A stretch of 64,000 bases of DNA from Asterias amurensis (Eukaryota). Under the pieces are notes generated by a model that was given only the letters and a program-made list of their open reading frames with translations, had not been told where the DNA came from and made no database searches. Shown here one piece after another: positions 20,735 to 34,677 of the stretch. Numbering within the stretch: the stretch's first letter is position 1; every line of letters starts with the position of its first letter. A program made the translations under genes and the position numbers. The stretch lies in NCBI RefSeq assembly GCF_032118995.1, contig NC_092653.1, forward strand, positions 7,251,031 to 7,315,030, read 5' to 3'.

Positions 20735-20844
20735 GTTGTGGTACGATGGTGAGTGGTGACGATGAAGGCAAGATATGGGTGTATGACACTTCTAAACTAC
20801 CCATTGCTCCAGTCAAAACACCCACAACTAGAAAACCAACACAT
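20735..20844 (+). CDS. LRWD1: LRWD1 exon 13 (GCGTMVSGDDEGKIWVYDTSKLPIAPVKTPTTRKPTH)
   Basis: Matches human IVLCGDEEGNVWLYDVSNILKQPP; acceptor ctttcAG and donor GTAAGT. Confidence 0.85.
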
Positions 20845-21715
20845 GTAAGTATCTTCAGACCTGTTTTTGAAAGGGCAAGGGCACCAAGGCATTTTCTCCT
20901 TGGCAAAGGTAGACTTGATTCAAGTCCCGTTCTCGTGAGAGGGGCCCTAACCATGCCCGCAGTCAAAATGTAGCTATCGTGTTCCCGAGAAAGAGCCTTG
21001 ACCAGGTCTTTTCTCACTCTGCATGTTGTTATCGAAAAATCTCCCCCAAAAAGTGCTGCTCCATCGGTAAAATATTCATTATACTCTGTGACATCACAGT
21101 GCAAGACATTGTAAGTGCACGCGTCTATTGACAAGTCTATGACAAAGGACACCCTATAATTGTGAATTGAAAATTTCTACCAGAGTATTTGAAGGGCACC
21201 AAGGCAATGACCAGGGGGCATGGAGACAATCGCCTTCGTTGGCTCTGTGAAGTGTAAAATCTGTATTTGTGCACTGTACTTTGGGGGTTTTGCCGCTATT
21301 AATCCAAGACAGGTAGTCCGGTAACAATTCTCGGAGGTCAAATATTTGTTTGATTTCCATCGGACTGTATTCCTATGAGAGATATGGTTTTACTCGCTGA
21401 AAGGCACACAGTTTTCCGATGCACTGAAGACATGCCCTATGCCATGGTACACTGCAGTTTGACTGGCTGATTTAATGTAGTGCATGAATACACAATGTGA
21501 TAAAGGCTACTAACAGTATTGCTTCTCAAGAGTCAAAAACTGGGGCAAACAAACTATAACCGCATTACTTTGAAGTGAAATGTTTCTCAAAATGCTCTAT
21601 ACTATCGAATGCTGCTGTAGGCTTCAAACCAATTTTTTGATTGCCATTAATTGATTGAGTGATTACCAAAGCATGCCTTCCCATCAATATGTATTTTTGT
21701 TCTCTTAACCCATAG

Positions 21716-21868
21716 CTACTTTACTGGCCGGATGAGCAACCCAATGACAGTTCATCGACCTCATCAAACGACCACATCATCATCAACGATGTCGCGATCA
21801 GTTCAGATTGTAAATACATTGTATCAGTCACAAACAGAAATGTTATATGCATTTGGAGAAAGCTTTAG
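21716..21868 (+). CDS. LRWD1: LRWD1 terminal exon (LLYWPDEQPNDSSSTSSNDHIIINDVAISSDCKYIVSVTNRNVICIWRKL*), stop TAG at 21866-21868
   Basis: Matches the human C-terminus ...TALTDSNIVAIWGRM*; acceptor cccatAG. Confidence 0.85.
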   Translation, partial: LLYWPDEQPNDSSSTSSNDHIIINDVAISSDCKYIVSVTNRNVICIWRKL

Positions 21869-22259
21869 TCTTTCATGTTCCCCCGCCCTCCCCCCCCCCA
21901 CCCGCTCCCCCAAGTCAAATTAAAAACAACAACAGGAAAAGTCCCCAAATTCCTGTGTATTTTTAAAAACTGTGTTGTGAATACCTTGTGTTTTTTAAAA
22001 GACCTCTTAAAAATGGGTAGAATTTGTAAATTGTTTCTTGGACACTGAAAATGTTGACTTTTTTAAACGATTTTTTTTGTTTTATATTTTAGTTTACCGT
22101 CAATTGCTCTTGTAAAGTTTTTTATTTATTTGTTTGTTTTTATTTTATTTTATTTTTTAAGATACTTTTGTAAATTCGTTTTGTTGTTGTTCAGACTTTC
22201 TGCTGGACTTAAATTTCAAATGAATTTTGTAAAGCTTAAACATGCTTCAAACTAAAGTA

Positions 22260-22265
22260 ATAAAT
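22260..22265 (+). other. Candidate LRWD1 polyadenylation signal AATAAA
   Basis: AATAAA about 390 nt downstream of the stop codon, within an AT-rich 3' region. Confidence 0.3.
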
Positions 22266-22689
22266 TGACTTACAAAAAAAGAATAACAAATGCGATTTTG
22301 AATTTTGGCTGATCAAATATTTAAACAAATTGACACTTGCTTTTTTTTTACTTTTTTTTTTTACTTTAAGAATGGCATGAATGAAATATAATTTAAACAT
22401 TCCGGTTTGCAAATAGGAAAATGGCGCTTGATTTGATATAAAAAACATGTGAGAAAATATTGGCTGAAAATGGTACATTTTCTAAATTTCAGGCTCATAT
22501 TAAATTGGGTCCACGGCCCACGGCCCAATTTCATAGTGCTGCTTGAGGACAGTAAGTAGCTATGCAAAACGCAATTGTGCTTCCCAGAATATGGTTAGCA
22601 GCTAAAATGCCATGTCACATGTACAATCTGTGACTGGTAGCCTCTTTGTTTGTGTTTAGCAGCATTTTCTGCCTGAGCATCTCTATTTA

Positions 22690-23075
22690 AAGAACACGTT
22701 GCCTTGGATCGGTCGAGTTGGTCTTTGAAAAGCGTTTACAACCGTTTATTATAAAATGCATATGGGTAGAAAGATATTTCAAAAGTAGAATACAATGATC
22801 CACACAAACATGCCTCTAAATTGCACGGTTTTCCTTTTACCTTGTCGACTAACACGGTTGGCCATTTATGGGAGTCAAATTTTTGACGCCCATAAATGGC
22901 CGACCGTGTTAGTTCGCACAGCAAAAGAAAAACCACGCAATTTTGAGGCAAATTTGTGTGGATCATTGTATTCTACTTTTAAAACATCTTTCCAATCAAA
23001 TGCATTTTATAAAAAACGGTTACAAACGCTTTTTGTAGACCAACTCGTCCGATCCAAGGCAACCTGTTCCTTTAA
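22690..23075. mobile_element. Foldback MITE copy 2 (same family as 2420-2790) downstream of LRWD1
   Basis: Near-perfect palindrome, about 85-90% identical to copy 1 in both arms. Confidence 0.75.
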
Positions 23076-24359
23076 AATGGGCTAATGTTCTTGGAACGAC
23101 AGAGAAGTTTTTTATCTGTCTGTCCATTGTACTTGGATGTCATATTTCCTGTGCTACCAATTTGTTTTACTTTTACATCGGTTCAGAGTAAGTTGATTTT
23201 GTCACGTGTTTAGATTCGAGATTTGAAAACGTTCTGTGCTTTTTCATGAAATGCATACAGTGGGAAGGCCACTTAAAAACTTGTTTTGTTTCCAAAATAT
23301 TTTTTAGTTTTTTTTTTCCCTCACTATATTATACCTCAGTGTATTAACGTGTATATAGTAAGACATGTAATGTGTAGGCGGGTAGTGTAGTGTAGCGTTG
23401 AGTCAGTTGTACATAAGTTCAGGGCTTGGTTTGGGTTCGTCAGTGTTCATAAACAATTCTGAAATTATCTCAAATCAGCGACTCTTTCTATCACTTGCGA
23501 AATTGGTTTTTATATATGTTCACAAATTTTCTGAAATATCTCGAAGCAGTGACTCTTTATATTACAAACCAAAATTATGGAATTGCTCAACTTTTAAGTT
23601 GTCTAGTTGTCTTTTGAATTGGGTGAGTGGTAATTTGTTTTTTACAGAATCATGTTTAAAGCATGGCTTGAGGGATTTTTTGTTTTGTTACCAAAGTCTT
23701 AACTGTTTTTATCCATTGCTCCTTGTTGCCTTGTCAAATATGCAAATACCTTTTTTGTTAAACTTTGGTGTATGAATCATTATTTTTCTAGATTTCATGT
23801 TATATTGTTTTCAGTAAGTCAGCCAATTTTCCTCCTACCTATCCATCATGTTTTCGCTCTATCGTATAAAACACTTACACCAAAATGTATAATTTTTGGT
23901 GCACTTAATTGACTACCATGTCATGTTTTTATATAATTAGGTTATTCAAGACTGAGAGCTTATGCAGTTACTTGTAGCATTTGTGAAGTTTTTAAACACG
24001 TACATGTTCTGCTTACTTTGGAACAAATTTGTTGGCCGTTTGAATTTTCTTTGAAAAATACATTTTCAAAGCAATTAGGGTTAAAGTGGGAAAGAAACTT
24101 AAATGTACACATTGATAATTAAAATGAACCTTAACCAAGAGTATCACTGAATAACTGTACAAAAATTAAAACCCCAAACCCAAAATGTGTAATTGTAATA
24201 ATTGTAGTTTACCAAGCCAATAAATATACAGATGTTTCGTAAAGAACCACAAGAGATGCTGAGGTTTGGTCATTTGTTTACGATGTAATCAACATTTGGT
24301 TGTTTTTTGTTTGTTTGTTTGTTTATCAACTGCCACCTATCCCTGGGGCTGAAACGGGG

Positions 24360-24740
24360 TTATTCCTTTAAAAGTCAGCAAGAATGTGGACATGAGTATC
24401 TCCATTAGGAGTCCAACCTTCTACGAAGCAATAGACCGATCCAGTAGGCTCCGCCCACAACGCATGTGTAAGCAAGAACGCGTGCAGCTCTCCAATGCCT
24501 TTCTGCTCAACTCTGCCGCGCGCGCCAAGATACGCACACGCATGTCGGACCTTATTTGTCAGACCTTGGTTGCATTGTGATTGGTCAATACGCAATGGGG
24601 ATCGGTCTATTATGATTAAGTGCCTTGCTCAGGCACAAGTGTCGTGGAAGGGATTCGAACCCAGTCTGCTGCTGACCACACCAAAGCTTGGGCTTGGTGA
24701 ACTAGTCTGCTCGGCCAGTGGTTGCAACTGATAAGTAATA
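24360..24740. repeat. Dispersed repeat (a second copy at 33300-33540) with an adjacent family-B SINE
   Basis: ggctctccaatgcctttctgc.caactctgccgcgcgcgccaagatacgcacacgcatgtcgga.cttatttgtc.gacctt.gttgca.tgtgattggtcaata.gcaatgggg is shared between the two loci and generates the paired ORFs 24368-24595 and 33211-33501. Confidence 0.7.
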
Positions 24741-26724
24741 TAGTAGTCCAATGACCCACATTTGGGGTGGCACGGTTGGCTTGTCTCACCAAGGTGCCCC
24801 CTGGTTCGATTTCCGGCCAGAGGCATTATGTGAGTTGAGTTGTGTTTTGGTTCTCCGCTGTGCCATGAGAGTTTTCCAGAACATCCGATTTTCCTCCCTT
24901 GGGAAAAATCCAACACTTTGGCTATGCTCCGTGGTCATAATGGGTTGATGTGGCTGGCAGCCAAAGGCGCCCTTGCATGCCTGCTTCTCGAACACGTTGT
25001 AGCCCGTCCTTGGCAGTTCAGCTCTAGCTGCGAGTTAGGATGATTAGCCACCAAATTGTTATTGTTTTGTCAAAACAAACACAAGTTAAAATAAGGCAAA
25101 CTCAAATCACGACCAATTTTAAAATCCTCCACATTCTCATTTTTATTCATCACTTTTAATTTTTTTTTTCAATCATCATCTCTCAAAACAAGTATTTTGA
25201 AACTCTACATTATTGATGTCATGATTACAATTACAAAGGAAAGTCCAATTATTATCAAACAACGAAAATCCTTCTCCAACAAGAAATAAATAAATGTACG
25301 TAAAGCCTTTAGACTACTTGGATTCTCTACAGCACTACAAAGACAGTAAAAAGCATTTTTTAAATTTGTTTTTATCTTAAAAGATGAAGTTTTGTAGCAA
25401 CCTGAAACCCCAAAACCCCCATTATTCTTGATATACTCTAAAACATCACATATAAACTGATTGTGCTCCAGTGCTTTTTCTCTCATAATTTGTTCATTAT
25501 TTTTCTTTTAATTATCTATGACTATGATACAATAATTACAAATAGATTTTTTAACCCCCAACCACCTAAATGCATATTTCTTCCACAATTTGCAAAGTTT
25601 GTTTTAGAAATTCTTAGGCAAATTTACATATTCAAAAAAGAAAACCTGTTGATCGCCAGAGATGTTTTATTATTCTTTCTTTTTTATGAAAACAAAATTT
25701 AAAATAACCAAAAACAAAACTTGAGTACAGACACAATGTCTACAACTTTAGCACAAATGTTTACGCCTTGAGAAAAATATACAAAAATTGCAGCACACAA
25801 AAAATCTGGTCGTTACTAGTGCACTTAACGTCTCTCTCTTTCTCACTCGCTCATAAAAACAAGAGGAAAAACCCTGGTAAATTAAACTTAAATAAAAAAA
25901 GAAATCAAACAATACGGCAATGGATAATTTGCATAAATAAATACAATGTGATCGATAGCGGAGAATAACTTCTTCAAAAACAATTTTTAAAGTGTTTTTT
26001 TTACTAAAATTACGGAATTGTACACTATGCTTGCATTTGATCTCTGCTATTATCGTAAAAAAAATGGTTTTTCAAAACTGGTGGCCAAATGTTGAAATTT
26101 CGTCTCCAGAAATCAAATGGGGAAAATATTTTGAGAGGGTTTTGAGAGGGCAGTTAAAACATGCAGTGATTCCTTTCTTCCACTCATTAACATCTTATTT
26201 CTCTGTCCAATCGATGCATTGTAGCAATAAACAAAAACAAAGTAGAAATTGTTTGACCTTGTTTTAAAAAAATATTAAATATATATCAACAAATCCACGA
26301 GAGTTCACCTGTGGTCATGCATGATATGGCATAAAGTGAGCAAAATGTACAATGAAAAACGGATACAAAATAACAACAAACATAACCGTTGGTTGTTCAT
26401 TGATAACAAAAAGAGTTGTGCGATTAATTTAGCTGTTTGAACTACAATAAGAGATGAAATAGTTTTTTGTGCATCTTGTCACCAAACCCACAGCTTGAGT
26501 CGAACCCTTGATTGGACTTTAGAAATAGTTTGCACGGCGACTTGAGGCCAGCAGTCGCGTTTATAAAATAAAAATGGGTACAATTAATCATAATTTGTTA
26601 AGAATACCGCTGGTATTTAGGGAACTCGTAACGAAACCCTGTTGAATCTCTTACAGAAAATTCTTGATTACAAGAACTGGGGTCCATTTCACAAAACTCT
26701 TCCTCACTTAGGATCAATCCTGGG

Positions 26725-27105
26725 ACAGTGGACACTATTGGTAATTACTCAAAATAATTATTAGAATAAAACCTTTCGTGGTAACAAGTAATGGGGAGAG
26801 GTTGATAGTATAAAACATTATGAGAAACGGCTTCCTCTTAAGTGACGTAGTTTTCGACAAAGAAGTAATTTTCCACGAATTTGATTTCAAGACCTCAAGT
26901 TTAGAATTTGAGGTCTCGAAATCAAGCATCTGAAAGCACCAAACTTCGTGTGACAAGGGTGTTTTTTTCTTTCATAGTTATCTCGCAACTCCGACGACCA
27001 ATCAAGCTCAAATTTTCACAGGTTTGTAATTTCATGCATATGTTGAGATACACCAAGTGAGAAAAATGGTCTTTGACAATTACCAATAGTGTCCAGTGTC
27101 TTTAA
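26725..27105. mobile_element. MITE, GACACTATTGGTAAT-TIR family, full copy
   Basis: Terminal inverted repeats cagtggacactattggtaattactcaaaataatt ... aattaccaatagtgtccagtgtcttt; internal palindrome tcgagacctcaa..ttgaggtctcga. Confidence 0.75.
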
Positions 27106-27179
27106 GGACAAGTCCAAGCCAATAGGTCGATCCTAAGATTGTTCCTATAGGAAGCGTCCAAAGTTAGGACGAGTTACTC

Positions 27180-27340
27180 TTGTAGGCCCTTTTGGAAACC
27201 ACGGCATCGGCTCCAGATTCAGCTCAGGCTATAGCTTGGCCCCCGAGGTTGTATTAACAATTGCGCAAGCTTTGCGTATGCGCTCAGGGCTTCAGACGAG
27301 AGAACGGAGCCTGAAGCCGAATCCAAAGCCTAAGCCGTGG
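27180..27340. repeat. Short foldback element (related copy at 30940-31095)
   Basis: Each locus is internally palindromic (..gctcaggct....agcctgagc..) and the two are homologous to each other. Confidence 0.5.
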
Positions 27341-27766
27341 ATTCGAAAATAACCATAGTTGAAAGAACAATATGGAGAGGAGGAGAATCAGATTATAGGC
27401 ACTGTTTGTTTTTAGTTATGTAATGCCATGGGGGTTAGGGGTGGTTCCCAATTGTATTTGCACATTCTGCTCATTAAAAATTGACTTGGAACCAGACTAC
27501 TTTGTGGCAACGTATTTTTAAAGCTAGGATATCTAGGGTTTATTTAATCTACAGTACAAAAAAAAAAATGGTCCCTCACGGTTCAAAACATTGTCTCAAT
27601 ATTTGCATATTTTCAAGTCTTTTGAAAAAACTAAGTTGATTCTGCTGACTTTGGGTCATTTTTATTGGAAAAAGCTTGGGTTAACTAAGTGGAAAATGTA
27701 CAGTGGAAGGTTTTTGTTGTTGTTTTTTCGTTTTTTAAGCATAATTACCCTTTTTTACAATACACT

Positions 27767-27795
27767 CATTTATTATTATTATTATTATTATTATT
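27767..27795. repeat. (ATT)n microsatellite, about 9 units
   Basis: attattattatt... visible directly. Confidence 0.9.
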
Positions 27796-30700
27796 TTTTT
27801 ACATCATAATTTAGTTTTGAAAAACACTACCTCACATTCCATCCAAAGAATCCATAATGTTTTGGAAAAAGAAAAAAATTCTCAGTACGCACACACACAT
27901 AACACGGAATGGATTAAACATAAAAACAAAATTGCCATCATTTCTGTATAATAAACACATAATTCAAACTGATTTCCTTTTGTTTGCCGTTCGTATTATG
28001 TGTTGAATAAATATTGAAATAAACTACAATCTACATAGATATTTACAAAGATATGATATATTAGTAAGATTTCTATGCTAGTACATCTGACAAAAATTAC
28101 ATTTAAAGAAGAAAATCTGTTTACCTACACGATGTGTGCTACCCAACTATAAACCGTCATCATATTGTTTGATGGTATTAACTCCATCACCCATTTCCAA
28201 ATCATGAAACACATTTAGTGGGACTCGAACCCACACCACTCCGCATGCATAAATTACATGCACTGCATGAAAATTTCCGTTGTAACTTTTTTTTCCACAA
28301 ACCTAAAACCGTTGATTTGAATTCATATGGGGCTTGGCACATATTGTGTAGATAAGAGAATTCTGAAGTGAATTAAGTAGGTCTCTAATAAAAATGTGAG
28401 GGATTTTACAGCAAACGGGCAAAATAGACTGGCCTGTTTTTTATCTTTCTCTTAAGGACAATGCAGCATTGATTTCTTCTGGGCCGAACAAACTGAATGG
28501 TTTTATCGGCCGACATTCTTCCTCTCCTACACAGCAGCATTGGCAAGGAAGTATTCAAAAACTGCAGCAAAAAAGTTTCCCTTTTTAAAAAATTGCTATG
28601 AAAGTGTTCTCCCATAACACAAAAGAATGAGGCCTTGCATTCCTACTTGGACATTACATTCCTACTTGGGCACTACAGAAAACAAAATGGCTGACTGCAT
28701 ATAGACCAGAACATTTTTGCATCATCTTTGTTTTCCTCCCTTTCTTTCCCTCTTTCAAAAGAGCTCCAACAAGACAATTCACAACACAACCACAAGCCAA
28801 AACACCATGGAAACCCCAAAATATATTTCATTACTGGCAGACCACGCACAAAATCTAACGTCCACGAACAACGTTTCCGCCTCGCCCGAAAAAATACATA
28901 TACAAAGTTTAAAACTGTACAAATTATTCAAATGTCGGTAAAAACGTTGACGTCTGTCTTTATCGCAGAGAAAATCTTAGTATGTCCTCTGTACATTATG
29001 GTCTTCATTTGCACGTTTGGTTAAAATTCAGTCACCTTTTTGTTATATTTTTTGTTCAACGTCTTCACAAATTTCCCAGGAATACCACTGATGTCTTGTC
29101 TCAAACAACAATTGAACTTATGAGTCCATGATTGGAACAAGAAAAGGCTGTCACAGTGGTAAGGGCATCTTGTTCCCCCTCTTCTACCTTCAAAATAATC
29201 CATGCGATCAAGCTGAGGCTAGACTAGAAAAACAGTCTCCCCTTTTGCCATGTTTTGAGAAACAGTTATTGCTTACAAAGGGAATGAGACAAGACTAACC
29301 ACAGCCTGATGAAAGTTTATGGATTATTTTGAATGCCAATGCGGGACAATACAGTACTTCAGCATGGAAATTAGTAAACCCCCCTCTGGGACCAATGAGC
29401 TGGTCTACTCACAACACTAGGAAAATTGATAACATGATCGATACATTGTTTATACGGGGGAGTACAAATGAATTGCAACTCAAAATGTGATGAGGACATT
29501 TTTTGAAACCCACCAAGACCAGAGATGTATTTTTGGAAGCTTTTTACCCGAATAACTTTTCAAGGGGCTTCTGTAGTCAGTGCAGCATATGTAATTTTTT
29601 CAGCCCTTTTCCGCTTTCATTGAAAATTACACATACATATTGTATGAACAAACAATAATTTAGCATGCTAAGTACAAGTAGCCCTAATTGCATTAAAAGT
29701 CCACTGAAAAATGAAAAGGAAAAAAAAAAGGCGATTGTAGCATAAAAGGCTACCATCACCGTGCATTCTCAGACATCGCCCTAGTAAATACGACAAAATC
29801 AACTGGTTACAATCCAGTGGTTGAAATAAGTCCTTAAAAACAATTGCACCGTGAACATTGTATGAAAACAACAAATTTAAACCCCCCAAAAAAACGTAAC
29901 AGTGAAGTATTCAACACTGCATGAGCATGAGATATGCCTCGACTCACACTCACACCCCCGTAACAACACAATGGTATCTTCCATGATAAGTGATAATACG
30001 CAATAATGGACTTCTCCATTCATTAGAGGTAGTTATTTGGGGGGAAAATAGCCTGCATATTATTATTCCAAAAGTTTACGAGTTCTACAGTATCTCCACT
30101 GGACACTAAAGTCAATTGTAATGATTGAACTGGTCACTATGAAAAGAAAGAAAAACCCAAACATTAAAGCTAAAATGTGGATTCACGATGAGCCGCTACT
30201 TAGAAGTTTACTCTAAGGATTGTGTTAACTAGAAAGTTATATGACTTCAATGGTTGTTATTCAAACAAACACATTTGTATTCCCGTGGTAACTGTTATGG
30301 TGGTTACTTAACATGCATCTAAGACCTTTTGAGAGGGTTACTTTAACATCTCTTATAGGGTAACTTTAAAACGACTGGTGTCATAAAAGCAAACTGGCAT
30401 AAGAAATAGTACTTCTTCAAATGGAAATCACTGATGGACAATAATTTGAAAGTCAAAACTGAAAGACTTTTAAAAAAACATCGAAAGAGTTTCCTTCATA
30501 AGCTTTCGAGGATCAGAGCTCAATTTCAAAGAGCTGCAGAAAGTACTGCATACACATTTTCTGCTAAGTACAAAACAGCATGATACCAGTATAAGATTGT
30601 ACCTGTGACACACTATTTTGTCTGGTAACCCTATCCTGGTAAGAATAATTTTGTTGTGCTTACCTAAAAGCAGCTCTATAAAACTAGGCCCGGAATAAGG

Positions 30701-33700
30701 TACTTTAAATGACCCCTCGCACAATGGGCATGTACCTCCACACACCTCCCTCTAGACCTTTATCACGGTGTGGCCATCTTGATTTTACTCCATTCCAATT
30801 CATTGTAACCAAACTGAGGCTGGACGAAATAATAGTCTGGTGCCATGTTTGAGCAATGAGTGTTTGCATTCATACTGTTAGGGAAACAGGGAACATGACC
30901 AAGATGGTGACAGCGTGATAAATAAAGGTCTATACTAGGGGCCTTTCTCAAAGCTCGGCTTGGGCTCCGGCTCAGGCTCCGCGTGCTGATCCGTGCAATA
31001 CGCGCTGCTTCAAAATGCAGGTTAAATGCAAGCTGCGTACACAGCACGCGGAGCCTAAGCCTGAGCCAGAGCCCAAGCCGTGGTTTGAGAAAGGCCCTAG
31101 TAGAACGAGGTTTAACATACATTACTTGTGCCTTGCCAATTAGTGCTTTTCGATCATATCTTCCAAGAAAATACTTATGGGTTCAGAAACTAAAGACGCT
31201 GGGTGGCCCTCATATACATAGAAAGTAAATTCTGCTACGGCAAAGAATTCAGGCAATGGAATTTCTGTCTTAATTCAAGCAATGGGTACTCCAGTGGGGG
31301 GTGCTCAGCACCAGTAATACTGCAACCACGCATCATCATTATTATTTCTCACATAATTATTTCAACTGAAATTGCCAAAAAAAATTATTGTTCGGCAGTA
31401 TATTTGGACTGATTTCAGGTTTAAACTTTGATCATTAGATGTGCAGATAAAAACACAAACTCTTTTTAATTCAGGAATAATAAATTAAAGGCTCAAAACT
31501 ACAATTGGTTTACTCTACAACTTTACGTGCAAAACAAATTCCCCAAAACTTAGCACCATCTTTGGCAAACGAAAAAAACTGTACAAAACTTCCAATCACG
31601 CTTTCCTCTCCCCCCTCCCCCCAAAAAAAGACAATTGACTCTTCTGTAAGCACAAAGCAAGAGAGACTCATTTTTAGAACTGGGGGTGTTACACAGACAC
31701 CATTAATGTAAAAAATTCCCCTCCAAAGAGCCAACTGCCAGTTAAAAAAAACAAAAACACTGGCAGATTACACAAATACCCTTAACTTGCATACTACAAA
31801 ATATCTACCACCTTTTGAAAAAATTTTCTTAACTGTACACTATTTGTTGGGATTATTATTATTTATACAACTCAAGCAACTGGGTCCAATTTCCATAGAG
31901 ATGATACAAATTGCTAAGCAGATTCACACCATGCTTAGCGTTAACAGAATACCAGCTAGAATCTTATGCAATGCATATCTGTTGTGACTGGTTTCCTGCT
32001 ACCCCTTGGTTTGAGGATCATTGGGGAGCATTCATAACCCCAAAGGAGCTTAAAATCCAGGTTTTTGATTGGCAGGATTTCCATAAATCTAACGCAGCCA
32101 AGGATCAATGCTTTTACTTGACGACACTCACAGCTTTCAGTGTTGAGTTTATCCATCGATTCTGACGGATTCCAGAAGACTGTACACGAAACCAATCAAG
32201 AGTTACGAGCAACAACAATCTCTGCCTAAACACCCCTATAACAAACTGAACCCATTTGTTGGTGTACTTAAAATTGCAGCATTGGATATGACGGGTGACG
32301 TAATGCATCACGAGTAACGCATCACAAGTAACAGGAATCACACAGTATTGCTCGTTACCGTCACATTCATCATCGTAATAAATAGGTTTAGGCTATGCAT
32401 AGGGCTGGCTCCACTGAGCCTCACCGCACCTCTGAGGTCCTCCAAGGACCAAGGGTAGGGTGGAAGGAGGGTCACAGAGGGAGTAGCAGAGGGGGGTATG
32501 GGCCCATTGCTCACCACACCCAATGGTTACCCATTTGTGACTGGTTTAGTTACTCCCATGGTTGGGGAGTGGGTGGCAATTCCGAGGCACTAGCTACTGA
32601 CGAGCTGTCAAAACGAAACAAAACAAAAAAACAACGTAAATTTTAAAAGGAAGGGCAAGAAAGACAAATAAAAACCATAAGAAGAATGTTTTGGTTGATC
32701 TTACACCAATGTGTATAAGCCATTGTATACTCGGTACTGTTTCTTTTAAAGGACTCGAGAAATTACTGAGTATACAGAAAAGATCATAAAGAACCAAAGG
32801 TGCAAGATGGGGAACTCTGCATTGGACGCCATTTCAGTAAGCAATCCCTATGATTAAACAATAGATCAGTGCAGACAATGACCAATTCTTCAAATGAAAA
32901 ACAAAACATTTGCTTTGTGAAATGGCAACATGCATATAATTTCACCTTCCAACAATAGATTCAGATTTGTAAGGGCCTGCTTTTGCCCAAAGAATAGCGA
33001 CCCAAACCATAATGCTAAGAGGAATGGTCTGCCATTCATGTGCTGCTCAGGCAAACCTTCATGCCACGAGTCTATAAGCCTTTTTGAGATATGGCGAACA
33101 CAATGCTACAACACTATAAGGTTTGGGTAAATTTGTGTGTATACATTGTACACCCAAACCAAACAGTACCACTCCTATCACGTCCGCCGTACCTCAAAAA
33201 CGCTTATTGCTCATTGCTGGGCCAGAGAGGCTAAAAACATTGTAGGGGATGCAGGCCTTGAACTTCTCTCTAGAAGGGGCACAGCAATTTCCCTCCAGTA
33301 AGGGGTACTTCTATGGGGAAGATGTACATTGGAACCATGCAGAGGGCATAACAGCCCCGCCCACGACACACGTGTGAGCAACAACACCTGGGGCTCTCCA
33401 ATGCCTTTCTGCACAACTCTGCCGCGCGCGCCAAGATACGCACACGCATGTCGGATCTTATTTGTCTGACCTTCGTTGCAATGTGATTGGTCAATATGCA
33501 ATGGGGTGGAGCTCAGTGGATCGGTCTATTGCTGTGGGTGTCAAGGGTTATTTCAAGGCCTGGGCATGGAAGGGGGGGGGGGGCAGGGCGAGTGCTTGGA
33601 TCAAGTCTCACCTTGCAAAACTCTTGAAGGCAGCAGACTGGGGGTTGATGCAAAGGGGTACGCTATTACCCTGGTGTCGGTCTGTAATGAACGTGTGTAA

Positions 33701-34478
33701 TGCCTCTGCAAAAACAAATACCAAACAAAATATTAAGTCAAATTTATCAAATGTGTATTGATGGTCTGGCCTCTGTGTTATAACAGCAGCAACACATACA
33801 CGAGTGGTAGCGTTAAAGCTCGGTGTTCAAATTATTAATTTACAATACATTAACATGTAAATGGCAGATAGTGTCCAAAAAACACTAAGATGAAATAAGT
33901 AAAAAGCCAAATGCTGTGTGGTGCACACTATTTGAGTGGTTCCCTGGTCTATTTTACTTTGTACATTATCTGTACAACTTTTAGCATCTCCTAAACAAAA
34001 TTCAAATAGAGTGTAGCAACCTTGCCACTTGTTCCAGCCTGTGAAACCAAACAAACTTCTCACAATACCATTTGCAGCATCTTTTAACCTGCGACAGTCG
34101 CTCAATACGAAAACTGCATTCAAAACCAAATTTATCGCAAAGACTAAAGCCGGTTCATACTTCCTGCGAATGCCAATGAGATACGAATGTTGACGTCACA
34201 AATTTGCAACGAAAAATTCGCAGCAGTTGCCCATTCGCTCAACTCACTTGCGAATATCGCTGCGAAAGGAGGATTGTGATAAAGTATGAACTGGGCTTAC
34301 AACCCATTTCAAACTTCCTGCAAATGTTTTGTGCGAAGCAAAAGTTGTTGCAACAAAATTTCACATCACATTTGCATTAGCAGGAACTATGAACCGGGCT
34401 TTATGCTACTCCACTGTACCGTCAACAAATTTGACTTCATCAGGTGTGGGTTTTAACTTTTTGACCTTCCAGCCTCAC

Positions 34479-34677
34479 CTTTGACCTCATGGACACTGCA
34501 CAACCCATCCTCAAACTCCGAGGTGAACCTCTGGGGCGCCGCCGGCTCAAAGTCGGAAGTGTATTGCCGCCCGGCTGCCGTGTTATGACAACAGCGACAC
34601 ATACACGTGTGGTAGCGTAACCGCCCTTCCTCTAAGTAGGGGTGGGTGAGGGCATCGGTGCATGAAATACGTTTGTC
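34479..34677 (-). CDS. NLK: NLK exon (DKRISCTDALTHPYLEEGRLRYHTCMCRCCHNTAAGRQYTSDFEPAAPQRFTSEFEDGLCSVHEVK)
   Basis: Matches human NLK SKRISAKDALAHPYLDEGRLRYHTCMCKCCFSTSTGRVYTSDFEPVTNPKFDDTFEKNLSSVRQVK; minus-strand acceptor cacAG and donor GTGAGG; ends in phase 1. Confidence 0.85.

Noticed and set aside
24368-24595. ORFs MRIDQSQCNQGLTNKVRHACAYLGARGR... (24368-24595 -) and MHIDQSHCNEGQTNKIRHACAYLGARGR... (33211-33501 -)
   Set aside because: These are two copies of a dispersed repeat adjacent to SINEs; the similarity is at the DNA level with frame disruptions, and there is no gene context.
32890-32945. Candidate NLK terminal exon (G-EIICMLPFHKANVLFFI*)
   Set aside because: Only a 3-residue match (EII) to the expected EIIHQFILEQQ, a weak polypyrimidine tract and an unconserved tail. 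I kept it as a low-confidence note under findings rather than a feature.
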